DNA from: the human T2T-CHM13v2.0 reference genome, Homo sapiens
DNA length: 64,000 bases
Strand: one strand, 5' to 3'
Assembly (NCBI RefSeq): GCF_009914755.1
Contig: NC_060934.1
Below, piece after piece: positions 13,001 through 27,120 of this stretch. Position 1 is the first letter of the stretch, and each line of letters begins with the position of its first letter. The translations under genes were made by a program, and so were the position numbers. The notes under the pieces are model-generated. The model was not told the origin of the DNA. It worked only from the letters and a program-made list of their open reading frames with translations, and ran no database searches.

Positions 13001-13724
13001 ACCTTACCACTAATCAACGCATTATATTTAGAAAGGTATCATAGTAAGTCTGTATTTCAATTTAAAATTCTCTATTTTCGGTGACAGTGAAGGACAAAGG
13101 GGCAAATTTTATAATTATTGTGAAAAGAGATTATAGAGAAAGGGCCTGGATAATACCAAAAATAGAAGAAAGAACCATCCATCTGTGGCAGAGAACCAGC
13201 AGTGATATTACTTGAAATATGGAAATTAATAATATGTATGGTTGAGTTTAAGGTCTAAAACATAAAAGTTAAACCTAAATCTAAAATATATGATTTAACT
13301 CTCTAGAATAAATCTACTCAATTATATGAAACAAGCAGACTTATTCTCAATATTTTATCAATAATAAAGGTTTTTCCAAATAGTATTGAAGAAATAGCAA
13401 GGTGTCTTAAAAAATGGCCTTAGACCATGAACCATAGAGAAAAAGACAAGGTTTGCCATGAAAAGTGAATAACCTTTTTATTTCCAGTTGTGATGTGTTC
13501 ATACAAACCATTAGCACTTTCATTTCAGTGAATTATGCCAGTTCTTGCTGTACCTTGTCAAATGAGCCAGTTAATACCCTAAATCTAAATGAAACTTTTC
13601 TCCCTTAGATGAAAATAAAATGAAAAATTTATCTAATTAAGTTCAGACAAAATATAGGTCATGCTTTTAAAGATTTTAAAAAGATTAAAATGTCAGGCAT
13701 GGTGTTATTCCCAGGATTAGCTTT

Positions 13725-13902
13725 GGCCTATACATCATTCTGCAATGATAGAAACATTTGTATGCTCACAAGCGGCCTTTGGGCACTTGGAGAGTGACCA
13801 GTGTAACAGCTAAGGAACTAAAATTTCACTTTTCAAAATTTTAGCTAATTCATATTTAAAGAACTCTGTGTGGCTAGTGGCTACCATATTGGATGGAGCA
13901 AT
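13725..13902. mobile_element. MER3-like hAT-Charlie DNA transposon relic
   Basis: ttctgcaatgatagaaacattt...tgtggctagtggctaccatattgga. Confidence 0.7.
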
Positions 13903-15371
13903 TCTAAATGAATGAAAGTGGTTGAACCCTTTGTCAATTTTAGTGCCTTTGACTATTAGGGCAGATGGTAACTAGAGCTTTCCCCTTTCATCCTCCAGGA
14001 TGTTGAAACAACATCCACCTCTGCTGAAAATACTTCTGTCTGCTGCATGAAGAGTGCTGCAATCCAGCTGAGCAAAACTAAAATATCATTGACCTCTATT
14101 GTTTGAGAGTATGCTGATATTTGTTCATCGTTTTCTAAAGTATTAATTGCATGTGATCTTGAGTATAAACTGGTGTTGAACAGATAATACATTTGTGAAT
14201 GAGGCTTACTTTTGCGAAGTAGTTGCAGGAGTTTGTGCTGACTCCTCTCTATTCTTCGCAAAGCTGGCCTCCTTTTAGTGTCTTCCATCTCTTATTTTTC
14301 TTTACCTTAAATAAAAAACATTCCTATGTTACATTTATGGTTCATAATAACTATCGTGCTTATTTTCTACAATGTTTCTATTATGATGATTATTGTGTTC
14401 TTTGCTATAATAGTAAGATTTTATAAATGAAAAAGAAAATAGGTAGCACTGAGTAATACTTAAAATTAACTAGAAGACAATTTCTGAAACTTTGTGAATT
14501 GGCAAATATAAGACATATAACCTAGCTAAATTTAAGCAACAAATACAAAGGATACAATTAACATGTTAGAAAGTATGTGTTTGTTTCTTTATTAATTGGT
14601 GCAGTTGAACTCTTCGGAAAAATTGCATCTCCCGAAAAACTTTGTTTTGTAGAGTATAGGAGGACTAGTGCATCCATCCTGAATATATAAAGAGCTAATC
14701 TTCTGGAAGAGATATGACAAATGTTATTCTTGTGCCAATAATTAAAAAGAAAAAAAAGGAAAACGTAAGACTTTTAAAACTAATAATCTAGGATCAAATA
14801 TTAAATGTATGACAAGTGCAGATGATAGCAATGTTCTGATGCAATTATGTGTAGCATAAAAATTTCTTTAAGAATGACTTTAAAAAATAATAGAACATCT
14901 GTGCAATACCATTGTATAAAACAAAAAATCAAGGAATATTCTTGAAAAAAGTATTTTAATTATTATTTTCATCAACTCTACAATTATTAGACAATTATGT
15001 AATTGCAATTCATTACATTTTAAAATATATTGACATTTTATTTTCTAATTTGCATGTATTTCTTGAACATTTCCAGTTTTATTAATCACTACTTTTGCTA
15101 ACATTCTACGAATTGAACTTTTTTGTGGCTGACTTTAATGCTTTACTGTCTTCACGTAACTAGACTGGACTCTCCTTTGAAAATATATGATCGACATAAG
15201 CAGGCTCATCTCCAGATAGAGGTTATTTATTGGCATTTCGAAGTTGTTTGAGAGTTGTTATTAGAAAGCTATGGAAATAACTATCTCTGAATTGTCCATT
15301 GCCTTCAGGAATCACTTGTGGAATATTGAATTGAATAATAAAGAAAGAGAACTTTATCAACTTCTTATCAA

Positions 15372-15664
<293 letters not shown>

Positions 15665-15783
15665 CCAATCTACTTTTTTATAGATGTGAACGCATTGCAA
15701 GACAAAGCACAAAAAATGACCAAGAAACCATAAATAGAACATTCCCACATGGCCAGGCATGGATTAAAGTCTAGGATATTGAA

Positions 15784-16071
15784 GGTCAGGCATGGTGGCT
15801 CACCCCTATAATCCCAGCACGTTGGGAGGCCAAGGCAGAAGAATCACTTGAGCTCCGGAGGTCAAGACCAGCAAAACCCCCGTCTCTAACAAAAATACAA
15901 AAAATCAGCCTGACGTAGTGGTACAAGCCTGTGGTCTCAGCTGCTTTGGAGGCTGAGGCAGGAGGATCACTTGAGCAGGGGAGGTGAATGTTGCCGGGAG
16001 ACAAGCCACACCCACTGCACTCCAGCCTGGGTGAGAGAGTGAGACTCTGTTTCAAAAAAAAAGAAAAAAAA
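15784..16071 (+). mobile_element. Alu (AluJ-like, small internal deletion)
   Basis: ggaggatcacttgagc in the right arm; A-rich tail. Confidence 0.9.
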
Positions 16072-17152
16072 TGTCTAAGATACTGGGAGTTCTCTGCCAC
16101 TCTTCCCTGTTTCATCTAAGATTTTTAGTACAATCTCCTGAGTCACACAAGCAATAAGGCGCCACTATTTCTCTTCTAAAAATAAGGATGTAGTGCAAAT
16201 GCTTCCATTTTAAAATAATTGCTCTATTAAGTGCCCAATTTATACCTTCTTGAAAGGTTACCTAATTGCTTCAGCATACATTTATCACTGTCTTATAAAT
16301 ATTTTTAGCACTGATTTGAAGTTACATAATTGTATGACCTGAGTTAGAAATGTAGTTCTGCTTTTAGGTATTCATTTAAACAACTACTATTTAATGAATA
16401 CTGAGCTGTTTTCATTAAAATAAGAGTTATTTGATATATAAACAACAAGAGGAAATGGATCCTTCAGCCAGATGAAGAATTGATTCATACATTTTAAAAT
16501 TGGGAAGTGCTTGGCACTATAACTTGATGGTCCTGATGAAATATGAACTTGTACAGAGAAGCAACATTTTTCACACAATTACTATACATTCAACATTGTG
16601 CTTGCTGATGAGGATGCCAAATAAATTAATTAATTAATTAATTATCACTTTTTGAGGATTTTCTGGGTTCTTGTTAGAAAGATGAAATGAATATGTACAA
16701 AATAATTTTAAAATTATAAAGGGCATGATTATATACATATTACATGGAAATTTGGAAAGACAATATTAATGACAATTTTTGTTTATATGCCATAAAATTA
16801 ACCCTATTGCAGAAAAAATTATATTATAACTATAAATATGTAACTATATAGCAATATATACAGTCTATGACTTTGTTTTGTATATCTATATAGCTATCTG
16901 CATTTATGACTCTTGGCCAGTTAAACCTAGTCTGTTTTCTCATGTTACCTGTAACATACAGCCACAATATCAATATAACAATACTATTTACTATTGTTCT
17001 AAGTTTAATATCTTTCCAATTCAAGGTCGTTATTGGGTCCAAATGTAATGTTCTAACTTAGTACATTTGGAAAATTCTTTCCTAACACCTCTGGGAAAAC
17101 ACAAAATATTACTTACAAAAATAAATGCATAAAAATGATTAAAACCTCTATA

Positions 17153-17536
17153 TAAGTTTGGGTGAGTATTTTCACATTGCTATAAAGAAATACCCAAGAG
17201 TGGGTAATTTATAAGGAAATGAGGTTTAGTTGACTCACAGTTCAGCATGGCTGGGGAGGCCTCAGGAAATTTACAATTATGGCGGAAGGCAAAGGGGGAA
17301 GTGAAGACCTTCTTCACATGGCGGCAGAAAAGAGAGAGCTAGCAAGAGCAGGAAAAACTGCCTTATAAGACTATCAGATCTCCTGAGAACTCACTCACTA
17401 TCATGAAAACAACATGGGGGAAACCATCCCCAGGATCCAATCACTTTTCACCTTGTCCCTCCCTGGACATGTGGGGATCATGGTGATTACAATTCAAGAT
17501 GAGATTTGAGTGGGGACACAGAGCCAAATGATATCC
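17153..17536 (-). mobile_element. THE1 (C/D-like) MaLR solo LTR
   Basis: gactcacagttcagcatggctggggaggcctcagg...tacaattcaagatgagatttgagtggggacacagagccaaa. Confidence 0.9.
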
Positions 17537-18364
17537 ACGGCCTTAGGAAAAACTATTGTATGATTACTCTATTTAGATGTTTTAAATGTCATAATTTGTA
17601 ATGTTTAAAATATGTTAATTACAAATAAACACAGAAAAAATAATGACTACAATGTATTTTTATAAAGTCATACATAGAATTCATGATTAAAGTGGAAATA
17701 ATATTGTGGATTTAAGATCAAACAATATTTTTTGAAAAATTTTGAAACTTTAATTATTATTATTTCTCTGTGAAACATCAATATTACAAGAGAACAAAGA
17801 GAGGAAAATTCAGTGGAAGTAAGTGTTGGCTCATGAATTGTAAGTTCAGTTGTACCTTGCAAGATTATATTATTGGTATTGTTAACACCACTCAGTAAAT
17901 ACTTTCTTTTTTCAAACACAGGAAGACTTGCAATCTGGTAGCTATTGCTTCTGTACTACAGATAAATTAAAAACAAACAAAATTTGAGGTCAGCAAAACT
18001 GATAACCCTTGATAAAATTTCCAAAGTTCTCTTACATAGTTCAATGATTTTCTTAACTACCTTCTCAAGGACTCCCATAAATTAATCCGAAATAACTGTT
18101 TGAATACTATTTATCTCAATATCTTTGTTCTTGTGACTTATCAGAGAATGAAAGATGGTAAAAAGAACAATAATATCTTTTAATAGTCTTCAGAGTAATT
18201 TTAGGAGATGAAATATAATTTTATGACTTTTTTTACTTTTTACGAACATATGGAGATATATACACACTAATACAAGTTTCAAATGTATTACTGAATAACT
18301 GATTAAATGTGGGTTTTGTTTACATTCTTTTAAATGAGAATTAAGGAAAGAAAAAAATGAGTGC

Positions 18365-19040
18365 TTCTTCATACCTACGAGAATGCCTAAAATGAAACAG
18401 AAGGAAAATACAGAATGTTGGTGACCACATGGAGCAACCAGAACTCTCATACACTAATAGTGAGAATATTAATTGGTATAGCTACTTCTGAAAATTGTTG
18501 AGTCATATCTACTATAGGCCAATGTACATACTTTCTATAAATCAGACATTTCTTCCCCCCGAAGCATATACTCAACAGATAGGCACACATATGTTCAACA
18601 ACAGCAGCAACAAAAAAGAAACTGGAATAATTGTAACAGACTTACCTGTAATGACCTAAAATGGAAAATTACTTAAATCTCCATCAAGAACATACAGAAA
18701 TTGTCTTATATTGTACCACAGAACACTTTCGAGAAATGAGGACTGATCATGCACCATTGGACACAAAATACGAAGGAATCTTACAAACATGTTGTTGAGT
18801 GAAATAATTCAGTAACATGATCTCATTTGTATACATTTCAAAATGATAAAATTATTCAATAGTAAAATAAATTATAATAGAGGTTATCCTTGTGTGGAGG
18901 CAGCTAGAGATGGAAGGCAATTATGAAGGCAGCAGCTTGGTTGTAGAATATCATCGGTATTTTTTTCTCAATATACATTGTATTTTTTAAAGTGTTGAGC
19001 CGTATATTTATAATTTGTGCACATTATTGTTTCAAAGTAA
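18365..19040 (+). mobile_element. Old L1M (ME/MD-like) 3' fragment
   Basis: atggagcaaccagaactctcatacact, gaatcttacaaacatgttgttgagtgaaa. Confidence 0.7.
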
Positions 19041-19659
19041 TTTTTCTACAAAAACCCAACCATTAAGACTCAGATTTTCTAAAAAGAAAAGAAGAACCAG
19101 CTACTTTTAATGTTTTCATGTTTTATCCCAGAAAAATAAACTTTGAATAAGGGAAGGACAAATGGGTCTGGCTTAATATTTGAAATGATGAGAGGAGAAA
19201 ATATAAGAAAAACATGTCTATATTTTATTAAATTATGGTAGAAAAAAGGCTTTTCAACACTTTACGCATTCACAGGTTCATGAGTAACTTTGTAATTCAC
19301 AATCAAGTGTTCAATTACAAAATACTGGAAAGTTATAACATGTGTTTGTCTTTACGCTGGAGTACAGCTTAGAGGAAGTTGATCAGTTGTGTATTTTAAA
19401 AATTTATTTATTGTGTAAATATAAAAATACATTCCAATACAGAGATTCAACAAAATAAATATTCGTCTGAACTTTGGCTTAGAAAATAATTTTGTTTTTT
19501 CTTCTTCTGTCCCATAATTTAGAAAATATGTAAGTTTATTTCAATTTTAGATTTATTGACATTTTGATCTTGATTTGCTTGAGTTTTAGTTATTGAAATT
19601 ATAATTGGAAATGGTAGATTAATCCAAAATTAGAAATTTGATTCATGTCAATATTTAAT

Positions 19660-21640
19660 TAAGCTTTTTGTTTTAATTGCAGATTCACATACACATGTAA
19701 AAATAATTCATTCAAATCATGTGTATCCTTTGCCAAGTGTTCTCCAATAATATTGTTGGGACAATGATATTGCTATAGTCAAGTTTCAGGAAAATTCCAT
19801 CACCCCAAATATGCCACACGTTGCAGACATCCTTATCTTATTCCAAATCTTAAGGGTAAAGCACTGTGTCTTTCATCACTAAGTATAATATTGGCTGTAG
19901 GTACTTTTAGGTAATTTTAGTAACTTGAGAAAGTTATTCTGTTTATGTTTCTGATAGTCTTTATCTAAAATGGTATAGACTTTGACAGTTTTGTTCTCAA
20001 TTGATATGATTATATCATTTGCCTTCCTAAGCCTATTTATATTGTGGATTACATTGATTAATTTTGGAATATCGAACAAACCTTGCGTTAGTGCAATTAA
20101 CCCTAATTAGACTAATATAATTATATTTAAATAGAAAATATTTTTTAATGATTTTTTTTGTCTATATTGGTAATTGGCCCGTAGTTTTTTTCTTTGTTTT
20201 TATTTTGTGCTTGTTGGTTTTTATATTGGGGTAATACCAATTTCAAATAGCAAATTGGGAAATGCTTCCTTCTCATATTTTGTGGAAGAAATTTTGTAGA
20301 ATTGATGTTAATTCTTATTTAAATATTTAGCAGAATTCACCAGTGAAACAATCAGGACCTAAAGATTTCTTTTCAACAGATTTTTAACAGGAATTCAATT
20401 TCCTTTAGAGTTTTAAGGCTACTCAAATTATCTATTGCATATTTGATAAATTTAGTAATTAGTGTCATTTGAAGAATTTGTCCATGTTATCTACATTATC
20501 AAATTTATGTGTGTAGAGTTGTCCTTTTGGTATTTGCAGGGTCTATAGTGACATCTACTTTTTCTTTCCTGATACAAGTAAATTGTGCCTTCTCTCTTTT
20601 TCTTTGTTAGTTTTGCCAGAAGTGTGAAAACTGTGGTGATTTTTTTCAAATAGCCAGCCATTAACATTTACTTTTCTTGATTTTCTGCTTTAAATGTCCA
20701 TGATTTCTGATCTTAGGTTACTGATTTGAGACTTTCCCTTTCTTAATGAAAGCATTTATTTTTATAGTATTCCCTTGTAGAAATTATTTAGATATGTTCC
20801 ATCAATTTTGATATATTCATTTTGATTTAGTTCATTGTATTTTTGAATTTTACTTAGGACTTTCTCTTTGACCCTTAGATTATGTAGAACTATGTATTTA
20901 GTCTGTTGGGAACAGGATACCCAAAATCTGGCCATAAATTGGACCCTAAACTGGCCATAAACAAAATCTCTGCAGCACTGTGACCTGTTCATGTGACCAT
21001 GACACCCACGCTAGAAGGTTTTGGGTTTACCGGAATGAGAGCAAGGAACACCTGGCCCACCCAGGGCAGAAAACCGCTTAAAGGCATTCTTAAACTGCAA
21101 ACCATAGCATGAGTGATCTGTGCCTTAAGGACATCCTCCTGCTGCAGGTAACTAGCCAAACCCATCCCTTTATTTTGGCCCATCTTTTTGTTTCCCTTAA
21201 GGAATACTTTTAGTTAATCTATCATCTGTAGAAACAATGCTTATCACTGGCTTGCTGTTAATAAACACGTGGATAAATCTCTGTTCGAGGCTCTCAGCTC
21301 TGAAGGCTGTGAGACCCCTGATTTCCCACTCCACACCTCTATGTTTCTGTGTGTGTGTCTTTAATTCCTCTAGTGCCGCTGGTTTAGGGTCTCCCCGACT
21401 GAGCTGGTCTCAGCATAGTCTTTGGAAATTTTTGAATTATTTTACTGTTACTGATTTCTAGTATTGTTCCACTGTGATCACAGGTCACAGAATACACTGT
21501 GTATGATATGACTTACTATGAATTTTTTGAGGTTTGTTTTATGGCTCAGAGTGTGAGATACGGTCTACTTCAATATATGTTCCATGCACATGTAAAATGA
21601 AAAATAAAAATCACAGTACTTCAATTCTGTATATCAAGAT
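19660..21640 (-). mobile_element. Old L1M ORF2/3' fragments interrupted by MER9
   Basis: T-rich antisense L1: tggattacattgattaatttt, gcagaattcaccagtgaaacaatc, tgttccactgtgatca. Confidence 0.7.
20904..21415 (+). mobile_element. MER9 solo LTR (HERV-K HML-3)
   Basis: Starts tgttgggaacagg...ctggccataaacaaaatctctgcagcactgtgac, ends gagctggtctcagca; 512 bp; aataaa near 21260; 5-bp TSD tagtc on both sides. Confidence 0.92.
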
Positions 21641-22609
21641 CTGATGTTTTATGGCTGTCACTAATATAGGTTAATTGGGAATTTGGGGAGACAGTAGTCA
21701 TGGTAGTAGTCTGGTTGTGCGTGTGTTTTGCATGTGTTTGGATAATCTGTTTCTTTTATTGACTTGCGTTTTTTCTTTCTTTAAAACATTTTGTATCTCT
21801 TTTTCTACTCTTTCTTGTTCATTCATTCTCTTTTTCCACGTTACTATTTTTTTATCTTGTCAATTTTTTTTTCTTTTACTCATATTCATAGAGTTTAAAT
21901 GAAAAAAGGAGACCAGGATACAGAGAGTAATTGAAGAAACATGACTTGTCCAAAGGAATGAAATTGAGACTATCTAGTCCATTTCCTCCTTTAAATTGAA
22001 ATGTTATTTCTGTGCCAGGACAAGCCTTTTTTGAGTAAGTGGATGCTCAAATCAACCAAAGGACACAAGACAACCACAAAACAGGAAGCTACAGCAGAGT
22101 ATAAATTCAGTTCAACATCTGTGTTTCCAGATACATTTAGCTTCAGCAATAACACATGCCTGACCATGGAGACCACATGAGTTTTTTTAAGAACCCTGAA
22201 AAATAAGCTTTTGCCTGTTTTCTTTGGCCTTCAGACTGGAAAAATGAGCATATTAAATAGGAACCCAGCATTAAATAGTTTTGCATCTAGTCAGGTGACT
22301 CAGTGTATCACATTTAGAGTTTCTTCCACTTTTGTATTTTAAATATTACATAAAATATTTTCTAATAATAACTTCTTTAAATACAGTAAAAACTTAAAAT
22401 CTATTTTACTTTCATATTCTTTTATCCAACTTTCTTCAGAGATATAATCACTCTTATTGGTTTAGCATTTCACTCTTACCAGTTCTAGTATTTTCTAATT
22501 CTATTTATGTGTTATTTTGGATAATCATATTTCTCTCACTTACTGAATGATGATAAGTGGGAGGAAGTGAATTCCATTGTTAGTGTGAAATTATTATCTC
22601 CAAGGGTGT

Positions 22610-23660
22610 TGTTAATTTATTGAAAATATTATTTGTCAAGTGCCTATTGTGCTAGTCCAGGCATTGTGCTAGTCACTGGGGATATAAAAATGTGCAGGTA
22701 CATAAATAACTTTATGAACAATTAAGGGATACAAGAAAAGAAAAAAATGAAAAAGTTGTGTGCTGAGTATTAGTATACTGTAAATACAGAGGGCAGATAA
22801 CACAGACTTGTGGTTAAAGTAGTATTCTCATGGAAGATGTTGTTAAAGCTAACACATAAAGAAACCTAAGAATTATTCACATTTGGGGTATTTGAAGAAG
22901 ATTCAGCAGAAAAAAAATGACCTAGAGGCAACAATAAACATGATACTCTTTCTGAAAGTGAATGTTTTTCATTGTGATTTTATTTTGCATAGGGCATGGA
23001 AAGGGAAGATTGACAGAAATGAGGCTGGAAGCAGCCATAACATTCTAAAGAGTCAGGTCAGTCATATGCAGAATTGTGGATACTGTAAACAGAGCAGTGA
23101 GAGACAATAAGACAGTTTTAAGTTGAGGAGCAATATAATCTGAAGTTTTAAAAGTGCGCACTGTTGGCAATGTGAAGAATTGATTAGAGAAGATTAATAC
23201 TGCAGACAGGTAGAAGATCAGGTAAGAGCACTGTTGTGATAATCCAAGAAAGCAATTATGAGGGACTGAATTATGGTTTTTGCAAAATGTAGGAAATGAG
23301 TGAAGATGACTTTCAAAGATTTCCATATGTGGGTATTAAAATTACCATAATTATAGGAATGAATACATATGAGAGTGATAAAAATGAATTGCAAGCTTCT
23401 GACTTAAATCGCTTGAATGAGTAAAAATGAGTTCATAAGAAAGAGGGCAGCCTGTTGAATAAGGTATTGAGTTCAATTTTCAGTATGGTAGTTTGAGGGG
23501 GAATATTTAATTAGATAAACTACTACAGCTATCTGATAGGTTCCTGGAGAATCAGGTGTGAATTTAGGCAAAAGGTCTAGGTGGGATTTTATCACAAGCT
23601 AATGTATAGGAATGGTCAAGAATGCAGAAAAGAAGTCAGAGGAAAAAGATAAGAACTGTA
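22610..23660 (-). mobile_element. L2 fragments
   Basis: aagtgcctattgtg...ccaggcattgtgctagtcactggggatata (antisense L2 3' end); tgagttcaattttcagtatgg. Confidence 0.65.
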
Positions 23661-24849
23661 TAAACAGAAAATACATTCTGAGGAACAGTGAAAGCAGTAT
23701 TATTAATGTTATACAGTTTCCAGAGTAAGACTAGATAAAACAATATGGAAGAAAAAGACTACCACTTTAAAACCAAATCATAAAAAAGAAATAAAAATGT
23801 CCCCAAAAAGTAAATGTCAAAATGAATATAAATCCGGACTTTAAATAGAAATCATTTAAATAACTAATTTTAGCAGTGTAATAATATACTTTAAAATATA
23901 AATAAATAAGTTCAATTGTTATCATTGGCATAATGTTGTAAACTAAATGTCTTTTAAGACTGGGTAATGATCTCGTGAGAGTTCTTATAAAAATAGCCAA
24001 TGACCCATTCTTTGTGTATTACCTGTGTGTGTGTTTATGATTTACTGTTTAATTATTTGAAATTGTCAGCTTCCAATATGTATTAATATTAAAAGGTACA
24101 GTTCAACTTGTATATATGGGCTGAGCATGTTTCTTACAAAAAATAAATTTTTGTTATGGGTATAAATGATTGTTATAATATCAATGCCTGTGGTTCAGGA
24201 ATACAGATTTCCTCTTTTATAAATGTATGTACAAAACATCACTTCAGAAGTTATTAAGTTAATAACATAATCATGGGCCATGATAATTATCTTATGATGG
24301 TCATCATTTTTAATAATTTAAAGAAAATAGATACATAAATAACAGAATATAGACTTTCTGATATTGTGTAAATTGAACATTCTTAAAATTAACTTAAGAT
24401 ATTCAAATAAGAAACTGAACCTAGTAACATCAATTTTTAAATTTAATTTTTATACTTAGGGAGGGAGACTTCTAACCGGAATAAAATTATAATAAGGATG
24501 TGTTATTCAAATCTCTTCAAATGCTCCCACGTAAACATATATTGAAAATAGGCAAGCAGCAACAACAAAACAATAGAATACAGACCACCCTCAAAATTTT
24601 TAAAAAATACACTGTAAAAGATAATCTTACAAAGTTTAGAATATGAGTGGTTTTAGCTATGTAGTCACCAAAGTAGGTTCACATTGACTTCATCTTCTCT
24701 GTTGAAAATAAGAGAGAAGTGAAGAGAGCTAAGATGATTATATTATAATAACCTAACAAGTCACTAAAAACACTCACCTACACAACTGAGGTTCTGCATT
24801 CTGAATGGAATACTAGACATACACATAAAAGCATGAATGAAAGACAGCA

Positions 24850-27120
24850 AACATTAGATATGAGAAAACCAAAAAGGAGGAGGATTTGGAAACTGAATTG
24901 TTAGAGCTTAGATAATATTTTGAAATTAATGGAAAAAACTTGTTTCAGAACTGACAACCAACTTACAAAAAACGAACTAATATCATCGTGAAATGAATAA
25001 TAAGAAAAATCGAGACTAAAGAGAGAATATAAAGAGGGAAAATGAAAACAAACAATCAAATCAAAGTTTAATAAAATAAAAAAGATCCAAAACTTACATA
25101 GAATATGAGCAAGATATAAAAATGTATGTTTAATCGGAATTTAAATAAAGAAAACCAAATAAAGCAGAATGAACTCTGAAATATACAGTTCTAGAAAACT
25201 TCCTTAAAGAACACAAACATAAATACTGAAATTGCACAGTGGTGAATTAGAAAAACTAATCAAGAATAGAAGTCACTGATATATAATCCAGTAAAATTAC
25301 TCAAAATTTAAACAAAAAAGGAAGAAAAAAGAGGAGGCATTCAGGCAAAAATGTAGTATTTAAAAGAAAATAAAAAGCAAAAAGCAGATTAACATCAGAC
25401 ATATAGACAATTGATATCTGCAGACAATGAAGCAAACATACTAAAGAAAATACAGGGAGACACAGATTAATATCTAGTCAAACAGAATTACAGGAATAAA
25501 GTTCACAGACAAATAATTTTAAACATGCAGCAATTAAGGGTGTACTATTTCCATGAGCACTTTCTGGGAAGTTTAAGTAATGAGCTCATGTGCACAGGAA
25601 ATGATAGGAGAAGCTTTGACATAATGTCTAGGGGTGGATAAGGATACATTTAAATAGAAATGTTAATGATGGGAATAAAAAAGTCAATATAGTATACAGA
25701 TGATGTGTAGTCTAAAATAAAAATTAGAAGGATTTAAAAACGAGGAAAGAAAAATAAGGTTATATAAAATTATAATAAGTTTGCTAACAGCTTCCTGCAT
25801 GTAAAGAGAAATAAACACAGATATCACTCTTTAATATGTGGGAAACGAGGATGGGTAGCAGATGTTTCAGGTTATCTTTATAGAAAGAAAAAAATGGTAT
25901 CACAAAAGAGGAAACTACTTTCCTAAATATAACAAAGAAGAAGAAAACTAACGAAATAATACCTTGATCACTTGAATACATATATATGTGCTCTCTCTCT
26001 CTATATATATATACACATATACCTCATATACATACACATAAGCATAAAACCATATCACCTCATTGATTCCAAATATAACTTTCATATAAATAAATTTAAA
26101 AGCTTAACTTACTAGCTTATAATATTTTAGGTTGATCAATGAAGTGAAATCTATTCTGTATAATAGTGGTACATCTGAAACTACAACTAGAAAGGTTACA
26201 AAAACGACGTACAAGGTTACAACAGGAGAATGCAAATGGGGTCAATATTTTCATATACCAAACAAGGTATAATCAAGCCAAAGAACCTATGAAAATGAAG
26301 ACTATTTTATAAGGCAAAAGGTGACTTTCATAAGAAACATTTAACAGTTATTAATAATTATGCACTAAATAACTCACCGATTTTCATAAAGCAAAAATTT
26401 GAGTAGATTCAAGAAGACAGACAAGTGTTAAATTATATAAAGCTTCCTATCTCTCTCAGTCCAAGTCATATACAATCATAATATTTAGTCAGTATGTATA
26501 TAGAACTTACAAAGAAAAGTTAATGAAACTGTTCTTATATATCAAACTCCAGATCTAACAATAGAAAATAGACCTGTTCTCAAATGCATAGGAAATATTC
26601 TCAAAAATTTAACAAATATTCAATTATAAAGAAAATCTTTTTTGCAAATACTGTATTTATGAAAATAGAATTCTCTGACTATATGGCAATAAACTATTTT
26701 GATTAAAATATCTAAATGCTTGTACTTGGAATACAAAAATTATTATACCTGGAACGTCAAAGAAAAATACAAGTTTGAAACAAAGCAAAGCAAAACCAAA
26801 CAAAAAATCCAACTATTAGTTACATTTTAGTCAAAGGAGAAATAAAAATATTTTATGACTTTTAGAAAATAACCATTATTTGAGAATGACATTACATATT
26901 GATATGAGTAGGTTAAAGCAATGTCTCAACAAAATTCATAATGATAATTAGTAATAACTAGAATAAGTGCATAAAAATACAGCATATATTAAATGTGGCA
27001 TTCCAAATTTTTTAGGAAAACAACTCTATTTAAAACCAGTGCTGGGGCAAATGGCGTACAATATGGAAAAAACAAGTTAGAACTGTCTGTACACCAAATA
27101 TCACAATAAATTTCAAAGGA
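24850..27120 (+). mobile_element. Highly diverged L1M fragments
   Basis: A-rich; tagaaaacttcct, ttcataaagcaaaaa, ttctctgactatatggcaataaact, gtgctggggcaaatgg. Confidence 0.55.

Noticed and set aside
12569-13013. Four overlapping Y/V/C/H/T-rich ORFs
   Set aside because: Translations of a dinucleotide microsatellite within MLT2
16465-16540. Possible C/D box snoRNA (gatgaa...ctga)
   Set aside because: C box is degenerate, with no terminal stem or recognisable guide
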